From a virus: a DNA stretch of 64,000 nt. The stretch lies in the IMG/VR virus record IMGVR_UViG_3300046170_000173; one strand, 5' to 3'. This document shows, piece after piece, positions 38,399 to 46,927 of this stretch. Each line of letters begins with the position of its first letter. The first letter of the stretch is position 1. Both the position numbers and the translations under genes were made by a program. The notes under the pieces were generated by a model that worked only from the letters and a program-made list of their open reading frames with translations, was not told the DNA's origin and did no database searches.

Positions 38399-38880
38399 TG
38401 TTTCGTTATATTGCAATAGCGTTTGTTGTGGGTATAACGTCCTACGCATACGCACAGGAAGAAAAGACGAATAATGAGATTGAATGCCTTGCGATGAATA
38501 TCTATCACGAGGCGAGATCTGAGAGTCTTGCTGGACAATATGCGGTTGCTGACGTGGTTCTCAATCGCGTAGAGTCCAGACTCTATCCTAACAGTATTTG
38601 CGGGGTTGTATTCCAAGCAGTGACTTGGGAGGAAGTTCCAGTCCGTAACAAGTGCCAGTTCAGTTGGTACTGTGATGGTAAGTCGGACCATCCTACCGAA
38701 GTTGACTCATGGTTGCGATCTATCACTGTTGCAGTTAACATCTTACACAAGGCACAATTTCGTGGTCTCACAGAGAGTGCGACTCACTATCACACCGACT
38801 ATGTCAGTCCTAACTGGAACAAGTCTATGGACTACATTGGTCGTATCGGAAATCACCTATTTTATCTGGAGACAAGATGA
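38398..38880 (+). CDS. Cell wall hydrolase (SleB/Hydrolase_2 family)
   Basis: Signal peptide; CLA.NIYHEAR.E, V.NRV....PN.IC.VV.Q, CQFSWYCDGK, ATHYH..YV.P.W, IGNH.FY. Confidence 0.92.
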   Translation: MFRYIAIAFVVGITSYAYAQEEKTNNEIECLAMNIYHEARSESLAGQYAVADVVLNRVESRLYPNSICGVVFQAVTWEEVPVRNKCQFSWYCDGKSDHPTEVDSWLRSITVAVNILHKAQFRGLTESATHYHTDYVSPNWNKSMDYIGRIGNHLFYLETR

Positions 38881-39107
38881 TTTTAGAATGCTTGATGTGT
38901 TTGTCACTAGAATCTGATATTCCCTATATACCTAAAGAAACAAAAACACGGCGTATCGTGCGCGAGTTGTTTGAAGACTCTTATCAAAAAAAGAAGTCGT
39001 TTCTAAATGTACGTAAAGTCATCGTTCCGATTGACCAGCGTACAGATTTTGTCGTGAGAATTAAGAAGAAAAAATTCTTAACTGTTGTTTATTATTTCGA
39101 TATCTGA
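38877..39107 (+). CDS. Hypothetical protein
   Basis: ATGA overlap with the upstream gene. Confidence 0.55.
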   Translation: MILECLMCLSLESDIPYIPKETKTRRIVRELFEDSYQKKKSFLNVRKVIVPIDQRTDFVVRIKKKKFLTVVYYFDI

Positions 39108-39159
39108 TATAATTAACTATTGACAAATCAATCATTCAGAGGTATAATTAGGGGACGAA

Positions 39160-39414
39160 ATGGAAGGATTAACTTACCCGTCGACATATTTTCGTGATGG
39201 CGCTGTTGATCTTGGTAATGTTTACATAGCGATGGATCCACTTGGATTTATCATTGGTGTTTACAGATGTCCGGAGAGGGCAATAGACAGGGCGATATCA
39301 GAAGTCAATGGTCATTTTCTCGACCAGTGTCACGTTGATGCGACCGACTATGCTATCTTCGTCGAAGGAGAAAAAGGGAAGGTTACGATACTGATTGAAT
39401 CGATCTTAGCGTAA
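39160..39414 (+). CDS. Hypothetical protein
   Basis: Behind TTGACA-N17-TATAAT at ~39120. Confidence 0.6.
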   Translation: MEGLTYPSTYFRDGAVDLGNVYIAMDPLGFIIGVYRCPERAIDRAISEVNGHFLDQCHVDATDYAIFVEGEKGKVTILIESILA

Positions 39415-39435
39415 CCCTATATAATGTGCATTTGA

Positions 39436-39511
39436 GTCCCGTTCGTCTAGTGGTCTAGGACTCCGCCCTTTCACGGCGGCAACAGGGGTTCGAACCCCCT
39501 ACGGGATACCA
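39436..39511 (+). tRNA. tRNA-Glu(UUC)
   Basis: Anticodon arm CCGCC-CTTTCAC-GGCGG; CCA. Confidence 0.95.
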
Positions 39512-39532
39512 CTCACACAGTTGGAATTTATT

Positions 39533-40774
39533 ATGAAAAAACGCGACTACACACTTGAACAAGTATGGCAATTACAGGGAACTGTGCAAATTGACCACAC
39601 CCTCGCAAAGATGGGTGCAACCAAACTACGTCAACTTTTTGAAGAAAATGAGTATATTAATACTTTTGGAGCATATAATGGTCAACAAGCAGTACAACAC
39701 GTCAAAGCAGGACTCAAAGCGATATATCTTTCAGGATGGCAAGTGGCTGCGTCGGCCAACTCTCATGGCGAAGTTTATCCGGATCAGTCGTTATATGCTG
39801 TCGATAGCGTTCCTAATGTTGTGCGTAGCATCAATAATGCATTTCGACGCCAAGACCAGATCGAATATCTGGAAAATGGAAACGGGTTTGAATTTGCCCC
39901 TATTATTGCCGATGCTGAAGCAGGATTCGGTGGAGTTCTAAATTCTTATGAACTCGCTCGTAACCTCATTGAGGCAGGTGCTGCCGCTGTTCACTTTGAA
40001 GACCAAGTTGCTGCCGAAAAGAAGTGCGGACACCTTGGAGGAAAAGTTCTTATTCCTACTAGTCAGGCTATACGCAATCTTAACGCCGCCCGCCTTGCTA
40101 GTGACGTTGCTCGCACCGATACTGTTGTTATTGCTCGTACTGACGCAGAGTCCGCAAAACTAATCTCCAGTAACATCTCAGACATCGATAAACCATTCAT
40201 CAAGAGAGTCGCGCAGGGAACTGCGGGATCCATTCAATGTCGCACACAAGAAGGTTTCTATATGCTCGAAGAGGGCAAGGGACTAGAGTTCGGTTGTGTG
40301 CGTGGTCAAGCATACGCAGAATACGCAGACCTCGTTTGGTGTGAAACATCGACACCAGACTTGAAGGATGCGAAGCGTTTCGCTGACGCGGTCAAAGGTG
40401 CAGTCCCAGACGCAATGTTGGCATACAACTGTTCACCGTCATTCAACTGGCGCAAGTCAATCCCAGGCGATCAAGAACTAAAAGATTTTCAACGTGAGTT
40501 GGGTAAGATGGGATTCAAGTTCCAGTTTATCACACTTGCAGGATTCCACCAGACTAACTACTCTGTCTTTGATTTCGCAAACCGATACAAAGACGAAGGT
40601 ATGTACGCATACTCGTTGTTACAAGAAGCAGAGTTTGCCGCAGAGTCACGTGGATACACAGGTGCGAAGCACCAGAGAGAAGTGGGTGTCGGTTACTTCG
40701 ATGCCATCACCACTACATTGGGGTCTAGTTCAACTGCCGCGATGTCAGGATCAACTGAAGAGGACCAGTTCTAA
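39533..40774 (+). CDS. aceA: Isocitrate lyase
   Basis: IYLSGWQVA, YPDQSLY, PIIADAEAGFGG, KKCGH catalytic motif, ARTDA, LAYNCSPSFNW, HQREVG.GYFD. Confidence 0.98.
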   Translation: MKKRDYTLEQVWQLQGTVQIDHTLAKMGATKLRQLFEENEYINTFGAYNGQQAVQHVKAGLKAIYLSGWQVAASANSHGEVYPDQSLYAVDSVPNVVRSINNAFRRQDQIEYLENGNGFEFAPIIADAEAGFGGVLNSYELARNLIEAGAAAVHFEDQVAAEKKCGHLGGKVLIPTSQAIRNLNAARLASDVARTDTVVIARTDAESAKLISSNISDIDKPFIKRVAQGTAGSIQCRTQEGFYMLEEGKGLEFGCVRGQAYAEYADLVWCETSTPDLKDAKRFADAVKGAVPDAMLAYNCSPSFNWRKSIPGDQELKDFQRELGKMGFKFQFITLAGFHQTNYSVFDFANRYKDEGMYAYSLLQEAEFAAESRGYTGAKHQREVGVGYFDAITTTLGSSSTAAMSGSTEEDQF

Positions 40775-41112
40775 TGTTTAAGAGTATTGGATTTGCAATT
40801 TACGACCTTTACAGATATTTCTTTGATTTGAAGATCAATCCGCTGAGACACATTCCTAACGAACTTGTGCAGTTTATTCTCATGTTCTACTTGTCGGTGA
40901 TGTGGTCAGTAGTATTCACCTTCTGGGCTGGATACACTTGGATGTATGGAATCTATAGTGTGGGTGGTCACCTTATGGTACTTGGTGCATTCTTTATCAC
41001 CGTTGCTATATTCAGCGATGCTGAGAAGAATGGTCACTTGTGGGTACAGAGGAGTAAGTTACCCGCAGTACCGAAACGCCGTATTGTTTGGGATGTGGAG
41101 AAGGAAGGATGA
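40774..41112 (+). CDS. Membrane protein
   Basis: NPLRHIP followed by two TM helices; coupled to aceA. Confidence 0.7.
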   Translation: MFKSIGFAIYDLYRYFFDLKINPLRHIPNELVQFILMFYLSVMWSVVFTFWAGYTWMYGIYSVGGHLMVLGAFFITVAIFSDAEKNGHLWVQRSKLPAVPKRRIVWDVEKEG

Positions 41113-41336
41113 TTGAGATTGCGGAGTCGCCTATTTCCAAAACAGGTAACTCAGAGTGGGATGACACTTTTAACGAGTGTTTTTATGAAAACGCAAAAAC
41201 CGTGATGTGGCCACATAGTTGTATGCATGACGGTTACATATATGTCGCACGAGGAGAAGAATGTTCTTGGTGCGGTGGAAAAGAAGAAGACGAACCACAG
41301 GGTGAAAATGTTGTGGTCCCTATATTAAAGCTGTGA
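41109..41336 (+). CDS. Hypothetical protein (Cys/His motif)
   Basis: H.C.....GEEC.WCG. Confidence 0.6.
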   Translation: MIEIAESPISKTGNSEWDDTFNECFYENAKTVMWPHSCMHDGYIYVARGEECSWCGGKEEDEPQGENVVVPILKL

Positions 41337-41343
41337 GGTAACA

Positions 41344-41556
41344 ATGCCAATTAAGTACAAAGAAGATAGTATCGTGAAAGATCGTATGACATTAAAGGTC
41401 ACGACATCACGTTTCTATGTAAAGAACCTTTCGACGGAATCGTTGTGGAATGAGTTTTTATCATGCCGCACACCTAAGTTGAAACAGAAGTTCCGCAATG
41501 AACTCGTGGCACGTAAAGTCACTCATGAAGAGATGGTGGAACGGGCAAACGCGTGA
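41344..41556 (+). CDS. Hypothetical protein
   Basis: GAGG RBS; PKLKQK.RNELV.R. Confidence 0.6.
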   Translation: MPIKYKEDSIVKDRMTLKVTTSRFYVKNLSTESLWNEFLSCRTPKLKQKFRNELVARKVTHEEMVERANA

Positions 41557-41684
41557 GTGTAGGAATGTTGGGTATTCTTGCGGTCTTTTTGTGCCCTATG
41601 GTATTTGGTGGTATTACGATGTACTACTGTCACAAAACTATACATAAAGAAACACTAAGACGATGGGGTAAGGATGAAGTTTAA
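41553..41684 (+). CDS. Small single-TM protein (43 aa)
   Basis: GTGA overlap with the upstream stop; hydrophobic segment. Confidence 0.45.
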   Translation: MSVGMLGILAVFLCPMVFGGITMYYCHKTIHKETLRRWGKDEV

Positions 41685-42051
41685 GATTGTGTACAAAAAC
41701 GAGAGCGAGTCTATATTCCCTTGGAAGTCTCGTTTTCGTGGTGTTGTATTGTGGCCCTATATGATCATGCGACCTAGAAAATACGCAACTGGGGAGATCG
41801 CTCAATCAGAAATGATGACACGTCGTTCTCTCGTGAAGCTGTATCGTCATGAGTTACAACATTGTTATCAGATCAAACAGAGAGGGATATTGGGGTTCTA
41901 TATACGATATGTCTTTCTTAATTTCACTAAGGGATATCAGAACCACCCAGACGAACTAGAGGCGCGTCAGTACGAGAATGAAAGACTGACCCCGTTAGAA
42001 GAAAAGTGGCTCCATGAAGGGGTCGTGAATTTAAACGATTTGGACACTTGA
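41674..42051 (+). CDS. Putative HExxH metallopeptidase-like protein
   Basis: RHELQHCYQ...G...FY..Y....GY.N.P.E.EA. Confidence 0.65.
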   Translation: MKFKIVYKNESESIFPWKSRFRGVVLWPYMIMRPRKYATGEIAQSEMMTRRSLVKLYRHELQHCYQIKQRGILGFYIRYVFLNFTKGYQNHPDELEARQYENERLTPLEEKWLHEGVVNLNDLDT

Positions 42052-42089
42052 CAGGTCTCTTAGTTTTTGATACAATATACACATAATTT

Positions 42090-42165
42090 TGGCGAGTAGC
42101 TCAGTTGGTAGAGCCGATGACTGTTAATCATCTGGTCGCAGGTTCGAGCCCTGCCTCGCCAGCCA
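42090..42165 (+). tRNA. tRNA-Asn(GUU)
   Basis: GATGA-CTGTTAA-TCATC; CCA. Confidence 0.95.
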
Positions 42166-42169
42166 TTTT

Positions 42170-42254
42170 GCGAGAGTGGTGGAATTGGTAGACACGCTGG
42201 TTTTAGGTACCAGTGCCGCAAGGCGTGAGAGTTCGAGTCTCTCCTTTCGCACCA
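42170..42254 (+). tRNA. tRNA-Leu(UAG)
   Basis: CTGGT-TTTAGGT-ACCAG; long variable arm; CCA. Confidence 0.95.
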
Positions 42255-42279
42255 TTTATTATGATCCAGTGAGAGTAGT

Positions 42280-42634
42280 ATGACTATGAAGGCAGGAAAG
42301 ATTTGGGGACAGACAGAACTCATTCATGCGAATGGCGTTCTAGAATTTCATCGTATCGAATACAAGAAAGGTTTCAAGTGCTCCGAACATCTCCACGAAT
42401 ATAAGTGGAACGGGTTCTTCGTAGAGTCCGGTGAGATGATCGTGCGCGTATGGCAAGATGACCAAGACGGTCTTGTTGATGAGACCATACTACGTGCGGG
42501 TGAGTTTCACCCAAGTCAGGCCAGGTAAGATTCACCAGTTCGAAGGTGTAAAAGACGGTGTTGCATTTGAGTTGTATTGGGCAGAGTTCAATCACAACGA
42601 TATCGTTCGACGCACCATTGGGAGCAAATCTTAA
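42280..42634 (+). pseudogene. Cupin (sugar isomerase-like) gene with a +1 frameshift (pseudogene or sequencing error)
   Basis: K.WG, CSEH.H..K.N.F.V.SG; removing one T at 42505-42507 gives ...GEFTQVRPGKIHQFEGVKDGVAFELYW...DIVR, ending at the TAATG junction. Confidence 0.75.
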
Positions 42635-42936
42635 TGCCTCCTAAACAAGGACGTGGAGACCCAATGGTACGTGCAGACGGTCGCACTAAACCCGATCGCG
42701 CATGGTACCCCGACAACTTCGATTGGTATCTAAAGTGGGTTGCCTCTATTTTAATTCTAGTTTCAATGGCCATGCGTTCTGCCGGACCAGATTATCGCAT
42801 GTATGACTTGACAATCGGGTTCGTAGGCATTATACTATGGACTTGGGTATCAGTTATTTGGAAGGATCGCGCACTGATTATGCTAAATGCGGTTTCCTTG
42901 TTTATGTTAGGCACAACTATATTGAGAGAATGGTAA
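42634..42936 (+). CDS. Three-TM membrane protein
   Basis: DWYLKW.AS, W..V...WKDRALI.LN. Confidence 0.7.
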   Translation: MPPKQGRGDPMVRADGRTKPDRAWYPDNFDWYLKWVASILILVSMAMRSAGPDYRMYDLTIGFVGIILWTWVSVIWKDRALIMLNAVSLFMLGTTILREW

Positions 42937-42937
42937 T

Positions 42938-43324
42938 ATGGCTAAGAAGGTATATGCACACACTCCACCCTACTTCAATGAGACGGTAGAATTTGAAAGA
43001 TACTCGGAAGGTGTGACAATGCGAGAGGCTGCTGATATTAGTACAGTAGACTATAAGTTTAGTGAAGGTAAGTTGATTGAAGAATTCAAGAATTATGTAG
43101 ATTCTACATATGGCCAACACTACGCGAAGCAGAAGTTTCAGGCGACTGAGTTCATCGTAGACGGTGGACACGGTACAGGGTTTTGTATTGGAAACGTGTT
43201 GAAGTATGCACAACGGTATGGTAAGAAAGGAACCGATGCAGACGCACGTAAAGACCTAATGAAAGTTCTCCACTACGCATTGATTCAGTTACACGTACAT
43301 GACCAATCTACTACTAACCAATAA
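42938..43324 (+). CDS. DUF3310/T7 gp1.7-like protein
   Basis: HY....Q..E.I, GFC.GN..KY..RYGKK, DL.K..HY. Confidence 0.7.
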   Translation: MAKKVYAHTPPYFNETVEFERYSEGVTMREAADISTVDYKFSEGKLIEEFKNYVDSTYGQHYAKQKFQATEFIVDGGHGTGFCIGNVLKYAQRYGKKGTDADARKDLMKVLHYALIQLHVHDQSTTNQ

Positions 43325-43934
43325 GATTTACTATGTCGGTCTGGGCGACCGACTTGACGTAATGGGTGTCGCAAAACATCTCAGCGAACAGGGTCGTGTA
43401 AAGATCCTACAACCGCGTGGATGGTTTCGACAACTAGACGAACTCGTAGACCTGTTCGATTTGAACTGCGTCTACTACCACGGGAAGCCGGTGGATCATG
43501 AGGAATATCATCTCCATGATCCAGATGGTGATCACTCGTTTTACGACAACCGCGACTTTATTCGATTGAGCGTCGATCTCGATCTGGAGTTGCCAGAGAA
43601 ATTCGTGACTGTCCAATTCGATGGGACACACGGTCATAATAGAATCCGCAACCCGAATAAAATTTTATCGGAGTGGCGAGAAAGGGGGTATGAAATTATC
43701 CACGTTGGAGGAAAAGCGAACGATGACAGGTTCGCACCGAAGGCGGGTAATCTCAAAAACATTGCGTATGCCATGTCCAAGTCTCACGGACATATCGGTG
43801 TCGATTCGGGAATGATGCACCTCGCAAAGTTCTCAATGGACGCAGATAAAATTTGTGTATATACAGTCATGGAACGAAAAACCAGTTTTGTGCATACCTT
43901 AGAACGAAAGGGGGCACAAGTCCTAACATATTAG
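43299..43934 (+). CDS. Glycosyltransferase family 9-like protein
   Basis: GLGD near the N-terminus; IGVDSGMMHLA. Confidence 0.65.
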   Translation: MTNLLLTNKIYYVGLGDRLDVMGVAKHLSEQGRVKILQPRGWFRQLDELVDLFDLNCVYYHGKPVDHEEYHLHDPDGDHSFYDNRDFIRLSVDLDLELPEKFVTVQFDGTHGHNRIRNPNKILSEWRERGYEIIHVGGKANDDRFAPKAGNLKNIAYAMSKSHGHIGVDSGMMHLAKFSMDADKICVYTVMERKTSFVHTLERKGAQVLTY

Positions 43935-44010
43935 GAGCGGTAGTTCAGTTGGTTAGAATACCGGCCTGTCACGCCGGGGGTCGCGGGTTCGAGTCCCGTC
44001 CGCTCCGCCA
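43934..44010 (+). tRNA. tRNA-Asp(GUC)
   Basis: CCGGC-CTGTCAC-GCCGG; CCA. Confidence 0.96.
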
Positions 44011-44027
44011 ACTTTCGAGAGGAATTT

Positions 44028-44249
44028 ATGAGATTTCTTGTTGTTATAGTATTGACATTTGTAGTAGGATGTAGTATAATTGTTGCCAATGAAGATGAAA
44101 GAATATGTCTTGATTGGAAGTCTAGGGTAATAGTTCAAGAAAGATGTATTCCCTATTATGGCACAATAATGTGTGCTGATGAAGAGAAAGTTCAAACGTG
44201 GTGTGTCCTCTATGAGGAACTTGAACCGATGAGGAAAGACGATGCGTAA
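44028..44249 (+). CDS. Putative small Cys-rich lipoprotein
   Basis: Signal peptide with VVGC lipobox-like site. Confidence 0.55.
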   Translation: MRFLVVIVLTFVVGCSIIVANEDERICLDWKSRVIVQERCIPYYGTIMCADEEKVQTWCVLYEELEPMRKDDA

Positions 44250-44481
44250 AAGCATAACCCCATACCTACTAAAATTAGATGACCGACTTTGGGATGAGAT
44301 TGAAGACAATCGAATGGCACTCAAGGCATTGTTCCCTTCAGGTGTATCAAAAAAAGAGTTTATCCAGAATGCGATAATCGCATATAACCAGTCGTTTGTT
44401 GAGTCTGGGGTTAAGGAAAAGTTAAGACAAATCCGGCAAGTGGAGATTGAAGATCCACTGTCGCCATACTACGGAGAGTAA
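44242..44481 (+). CDS. Hypothetical protein (possible RHH-like)
   Basis: LLKLDDRLW...SKKEFI..AI; internal sigma70 promoter at ~44073 upstream. Confidence 0.55.
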   Translation: MRKSITPYLLKLDDRLWDEIEDNRMALKALFPSGVSKKEFIQNAIIAYNQSFVESGVKEKLRQIRQVEIEDPLSPYYGE

Positions 44482-44482
44482 A

Positions 44483-44683
44483 ATGGCAAGAGGAAAGTTA
44501 GAAACCAAGCGCCGTCGTGAAGGTGCTTTAGAGCGTCTCCGTGCGTCAAAGTTCTTTGAGAAGAACGATCGCACAGAGACAAAATGGCAGGCACGTAAGG
44601 ACAAGGAGATCGCGATTCTTGAGATCTCCCTTGGTCTGAAACAGGCAGCCAAAGTGAAGAGAGAGGAAATCTCTCTCGATTGA
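44483..44683 (+). CDS. Small basic hypothetical protein
   Basis: GGAG RBS; MARGKLETKRRREGALERL. Confidence 0.6.
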   Translation: MARGKLETKRRREGALERLRASKFFEKNDRTETKWQARKDKEIAILEISLGLKQAAKVKREEISLD

Positions 44684-44695
44684 TAGGGGAATGGT

Positions 44696-44848
44696 ATGGA
44701 AATCCTAGCAGTTGTAGCAGTAGTTGTAGTAGTATATTTTATCGTGCGTAGTCGCGGCGGTAAAGGTGGTTCAGGCGGTTCAGGAGGATCCGGAGGTGGC
44801 GGTGGTTCAACGCGACCTGACGATGGTAACAGCGTCAACCGGAAGTGA
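44696..44848 (+). CDS. Small TM protein with a Gly/Ser tail (50 aa)
   Basis: MEILAVVAVVVVVYFIVRSRGGKGGSGGSGGSGGGGGS. Confidence 0.6.
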   Translation: MEILAVVAVVVVVYFIVRSRGGKGGSGGSGGSGGGGGSTRPDDGNSVNRK

Positions 44849-44853
44849 GCTTT

Positions 44854-44922
44854 GGTCCTGAGATGACTTTAAACTCACTCTGGTCGTTACGCCCGTCACC
44901 TGAGTATGTGGAAAACTGCTCA
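44854..44922 (+). ncRNA. Candidate tandem H-type pseudoknot element
   Basis: Two units NNNC-C-UGAG..-U-GNNN-..AAAC..CUCA with compensated stems. Confidence 0.45.
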
Positions 44923-44954
44923 ACACACAAACACACACACAAAAGGAGACAATT

Positions 44955-45167
44955 ATGTCTAATCCAAACCCATACGAACTTCGGTTCCAAATCTTTAACG
45001 AAGCAAGAAATGTCCTAACAGATGAGTACTGGGCTAAAGTAAATCGCCGAGAAGTTTTGATTGAAACTGGTGGCGTCGATACCGTCCCAGAATTTCCGAC
45101 ATACCCTACTATGCAAGATATCATGGAAAGGGTAAAAGTCATCAACGAGTTTGTTTCAAACAGTTAA
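44955..45167 (+). CDS. Hypothetical protein
   Basis: AAGGAG RBS; NPYELRFQI...YPT..DI...FVS. Confidence 0.7.
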   Translation: MSNPNPYELRFQIFNEARNVLTDEYWAKVNRREVLIETGGVDTVPEFPTYPTMQDIMERVKVINEFVSNS

Positions 45168-45244
45168 CGGAGATTGGCGCAGTCTGGTAGCGCATTCGCT
45201 TTGGGAGCGAAGGGTCGTAGGTTCGAGTCCTACATCTCCGACCA
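45168..45244 (+). tRNA. tRNA-Pro(UGG)
   Basis: TTCGC-TTTGGGA-GCGAA; CCA. Confidence 0.96.
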
Positions 45245-45257
45245 ATAAGGAAATGTT

Positions 45258-45419
45258 ATGATACACGAATGGAAAATTTTCTATAAAGGTATTCAGGTGG
45301 GTCTCACCTATTCATTGACAGAGTACGGTGCGAGAGAACGTTGGTACAATGCACACTCTATGAGTTCAAGTAAGTATTGCGGTCTTTCATTTGATGATGT
45401 CTTTGCAAAGCGGGCATGA
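45258..45419 (+). CDS. Small hypothetical protein (53 aa)
   Basis: AAGGA RBS; MIHEWKIFYKGIQVG...; paralog of the next ORF. Confidence 0.6.
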   Translation: MIHEWKIFYKGIQVGLTYSLTEYGARERWYNAHSMSSSKYCGLSFDDVFAKRA

Positions 45420-45586
45420 CATGTCTTTGGAAGATTTACATAAATGGGAATTTTATGGGGGTCGTTTCGGCGATTACCAAACACGGTGCCTGCGAAAAGT
45501 ATTGCGCAGTCTTCGGAATTCCCACAGACATGACTCGCACAGGATATGTCCATGTCGTAGCAGAGAGGTTCAAATATGAACTTTAA
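45416..45586 (+). CDS. Small hypothetical protein (56 aa)
   Basis: ATGA overlap; MTCLWKIYINGNFMG...; paralog of the previous ORF. Confidence 0.6.
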   Translation: MTCLWKIYINGNFMGVVSAITKHGACEKYCAVFGIPTDMTRTGYVHVVAERFKYEL

Positions 45587-45827
45587 ATTACCAAGTCCCA
45601 ATGACATGGGCAATGTGGTCCGTCACTCTCTCCATCAATATTTGGAGTGGCACATATGTGAACACTATGGTGTTCACCGTATAGGTGATCTCACAGTAAC
45701 AGAGATTACCGAAGTCATGGCCGAATACTTTAACCAAAAATCTGAAAGACTCGATTCGATGGTTGCGCAGGCACTTAGGATCGCGATAGGAAACTGGGAG
45801 GCCAGTAACGGAAAAGGAATCCTATGA
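45576..45827 (+). CDS. Hypothetical protein
   Basis: GAGG RBS; open frame. Confidence 0.6.
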   Translation: MNFKLPSPNDMGNVVRHSLHQYLEWHICEHYGVHRIGDLTVTEITEVMAEYFNQKSERLDSMVAQALRIAIGNWEASNGKGIL

Positions 45828-46192
45828 AAAGTTTAACCTTATCTATTTTAATTTTGTTTATTATATCTTTCCAACCACTTCAGGTCAGTGCACAGAAATA
45901 TTATGGAAAGGATGATTTCAGATTTTTAAAAAAGGAATATGAAAACCTTACGCCAGGCGTTGAATTTGTTTTGATAAAGAACAAACAAGAATATGACAGG
46001 GTAAGAAAGGAACATCTTGGAGTTCAGTGGGACACTATTAGTGCCTTTGCGTATTGGAACCCTAAGAAAGGTACTTGTAAGATATATATTAAAGATCCGT
46101 CATGGAAGTACGAACCTGAGTTGATCGGACACGAAGTCGCTCACTGTATCTGGGGTCGTTTTCATAACGGAAGAAAAGGAATGAAACCATAA
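45824..46192 (+). CDS. Secreted HExxH motif protein
   Basis: Signal peptide; GHEVAHC. Confidence 0.65.
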   Translation: MKSLTLSILILFIISFQPLQVSAQKYYGKDDFRFLKKEYENLTPGVEFVLIKNKQEYDRVRKEHLGVQWDTISAFAYWNPKKGTCKIYIKDPSWKYEPELIGHEVAHCIWGRFHNGRKGMKP

Positions 46193-46338
46193 TGAATTCC
46201 TTCTTTGGTTTGTTTGAAAAACTAATAGGGTCTGATTCCCCTATCCAAATAACTGAATCAGTGGTGCCCAGAAGAGCAGAGAGTCTCGTTCCTCTCTCAA
46301 ATCAACGAACGAGTGGTACCGGAGGCTGGAAAGAATTG

Positions 46339-46415
46339 GCGGGTGTAGCTCAGATGGATAGAGTGTCGGTCTACGAAACCGAAGGTCATAGGTTCGAATC
46401 CTATCACCCGCGCCA
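46339..46415 (+). tRNA. tRNA-Arg(ACG)
   Basis: TCGGT-CTACGAA-ACCGA; CCA. Confidence 0.95.
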
Positions 46416-46420
46416 GAAAT

Positions 46421-46495
46421 TGGGGTGTCGCCAAGTGGTAAGGCAACGGGTTTTGATCCCGTCATTCGTAGGTTCGAATCCTTCCACCCCAGCCA
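46421..46495 (+). tRNA. tRNA-Gln(UUG)
   Basis: ACGGG-TTTTGAT-CCCGT; CCA. Confidence 0.95.
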
Positions 46496-46511
46496 TATGA
46501 TGAGGAATAGT

Positions 46512-46748
46512 ATGAGTTTTATTAAAGAGTTAGAAAGACTGCAACAGAACATCAAAGAGTTGAATCAGACATTCGAAGCTCTGACGGAAAGTGTTGAGCG
46601 ATACCAAAACACTAGAACTCCACCAGAGTATCCTAACGAATTGCTTGAACACAATGTAGATCTCGAACCAAGATTATCAATTGATGAGATATCTCCACGA
46701 GAGTGGGACGCAATTTCTAAAAGGTTCTATAGAGAACGCAAGTTATAA
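46512..46748 (+). CDS. Hypothetical coiled-coil protein
   Basis: GAGG RBS; MSFIKELERLQQ. Confidence 0.6.
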   Translation: MSFIKELERLQQNIKELNQTFEALTESVERYQNTRTPPEYPNELLEHNVDLEPRLSIDEISPREWDAISKRFYRERKL

Positions 46749-46753
46749 GATTA

Positions 46754-46841
46754 GGTGGGCTGGCTGAGCGGTCGAAAGCGGCGGTCTTGAAAACCGTTGA
46801 ACCGAGAGGTTCCGTAGGTTCGAATCCTACGCCCACCGCCA
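46754..46841 (+). tRNA. tRNA-Ser(UGA)
   Basis: GCGGT-CTTGAAA-ACCGT; long variable arm; CCA. Confidence 0.95.
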
Positions 46842-46927
46842 CTTATTTTCAAAAAGTGTAATATTAACACTTGACACATGCCTATCATTATAGTATACTT
46901 GTTTCTGAAATGTGAGAGAGGTTTCAA

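Noticed and set aside
44922-44941. CA repeat as a microsatellite or contingency locus
   Set aside because: Short, imperfect and intergenic; better explained as an unstructured translation leader
45391-45579. 62-aa ORF from the track
   Set aside because: The other-frame ORF 45416..45586 fits better (ATGA coupling and paralogy with the upstream ORF)
46192-46500. 102-aa ORF running through tRNA-Arg and tRNA-Gln
   Set aside because: It overlaps two clear tRNAs. A shorter real gene at 46192-46348 may exist, perhaps with a frameshift, but I cannot support it
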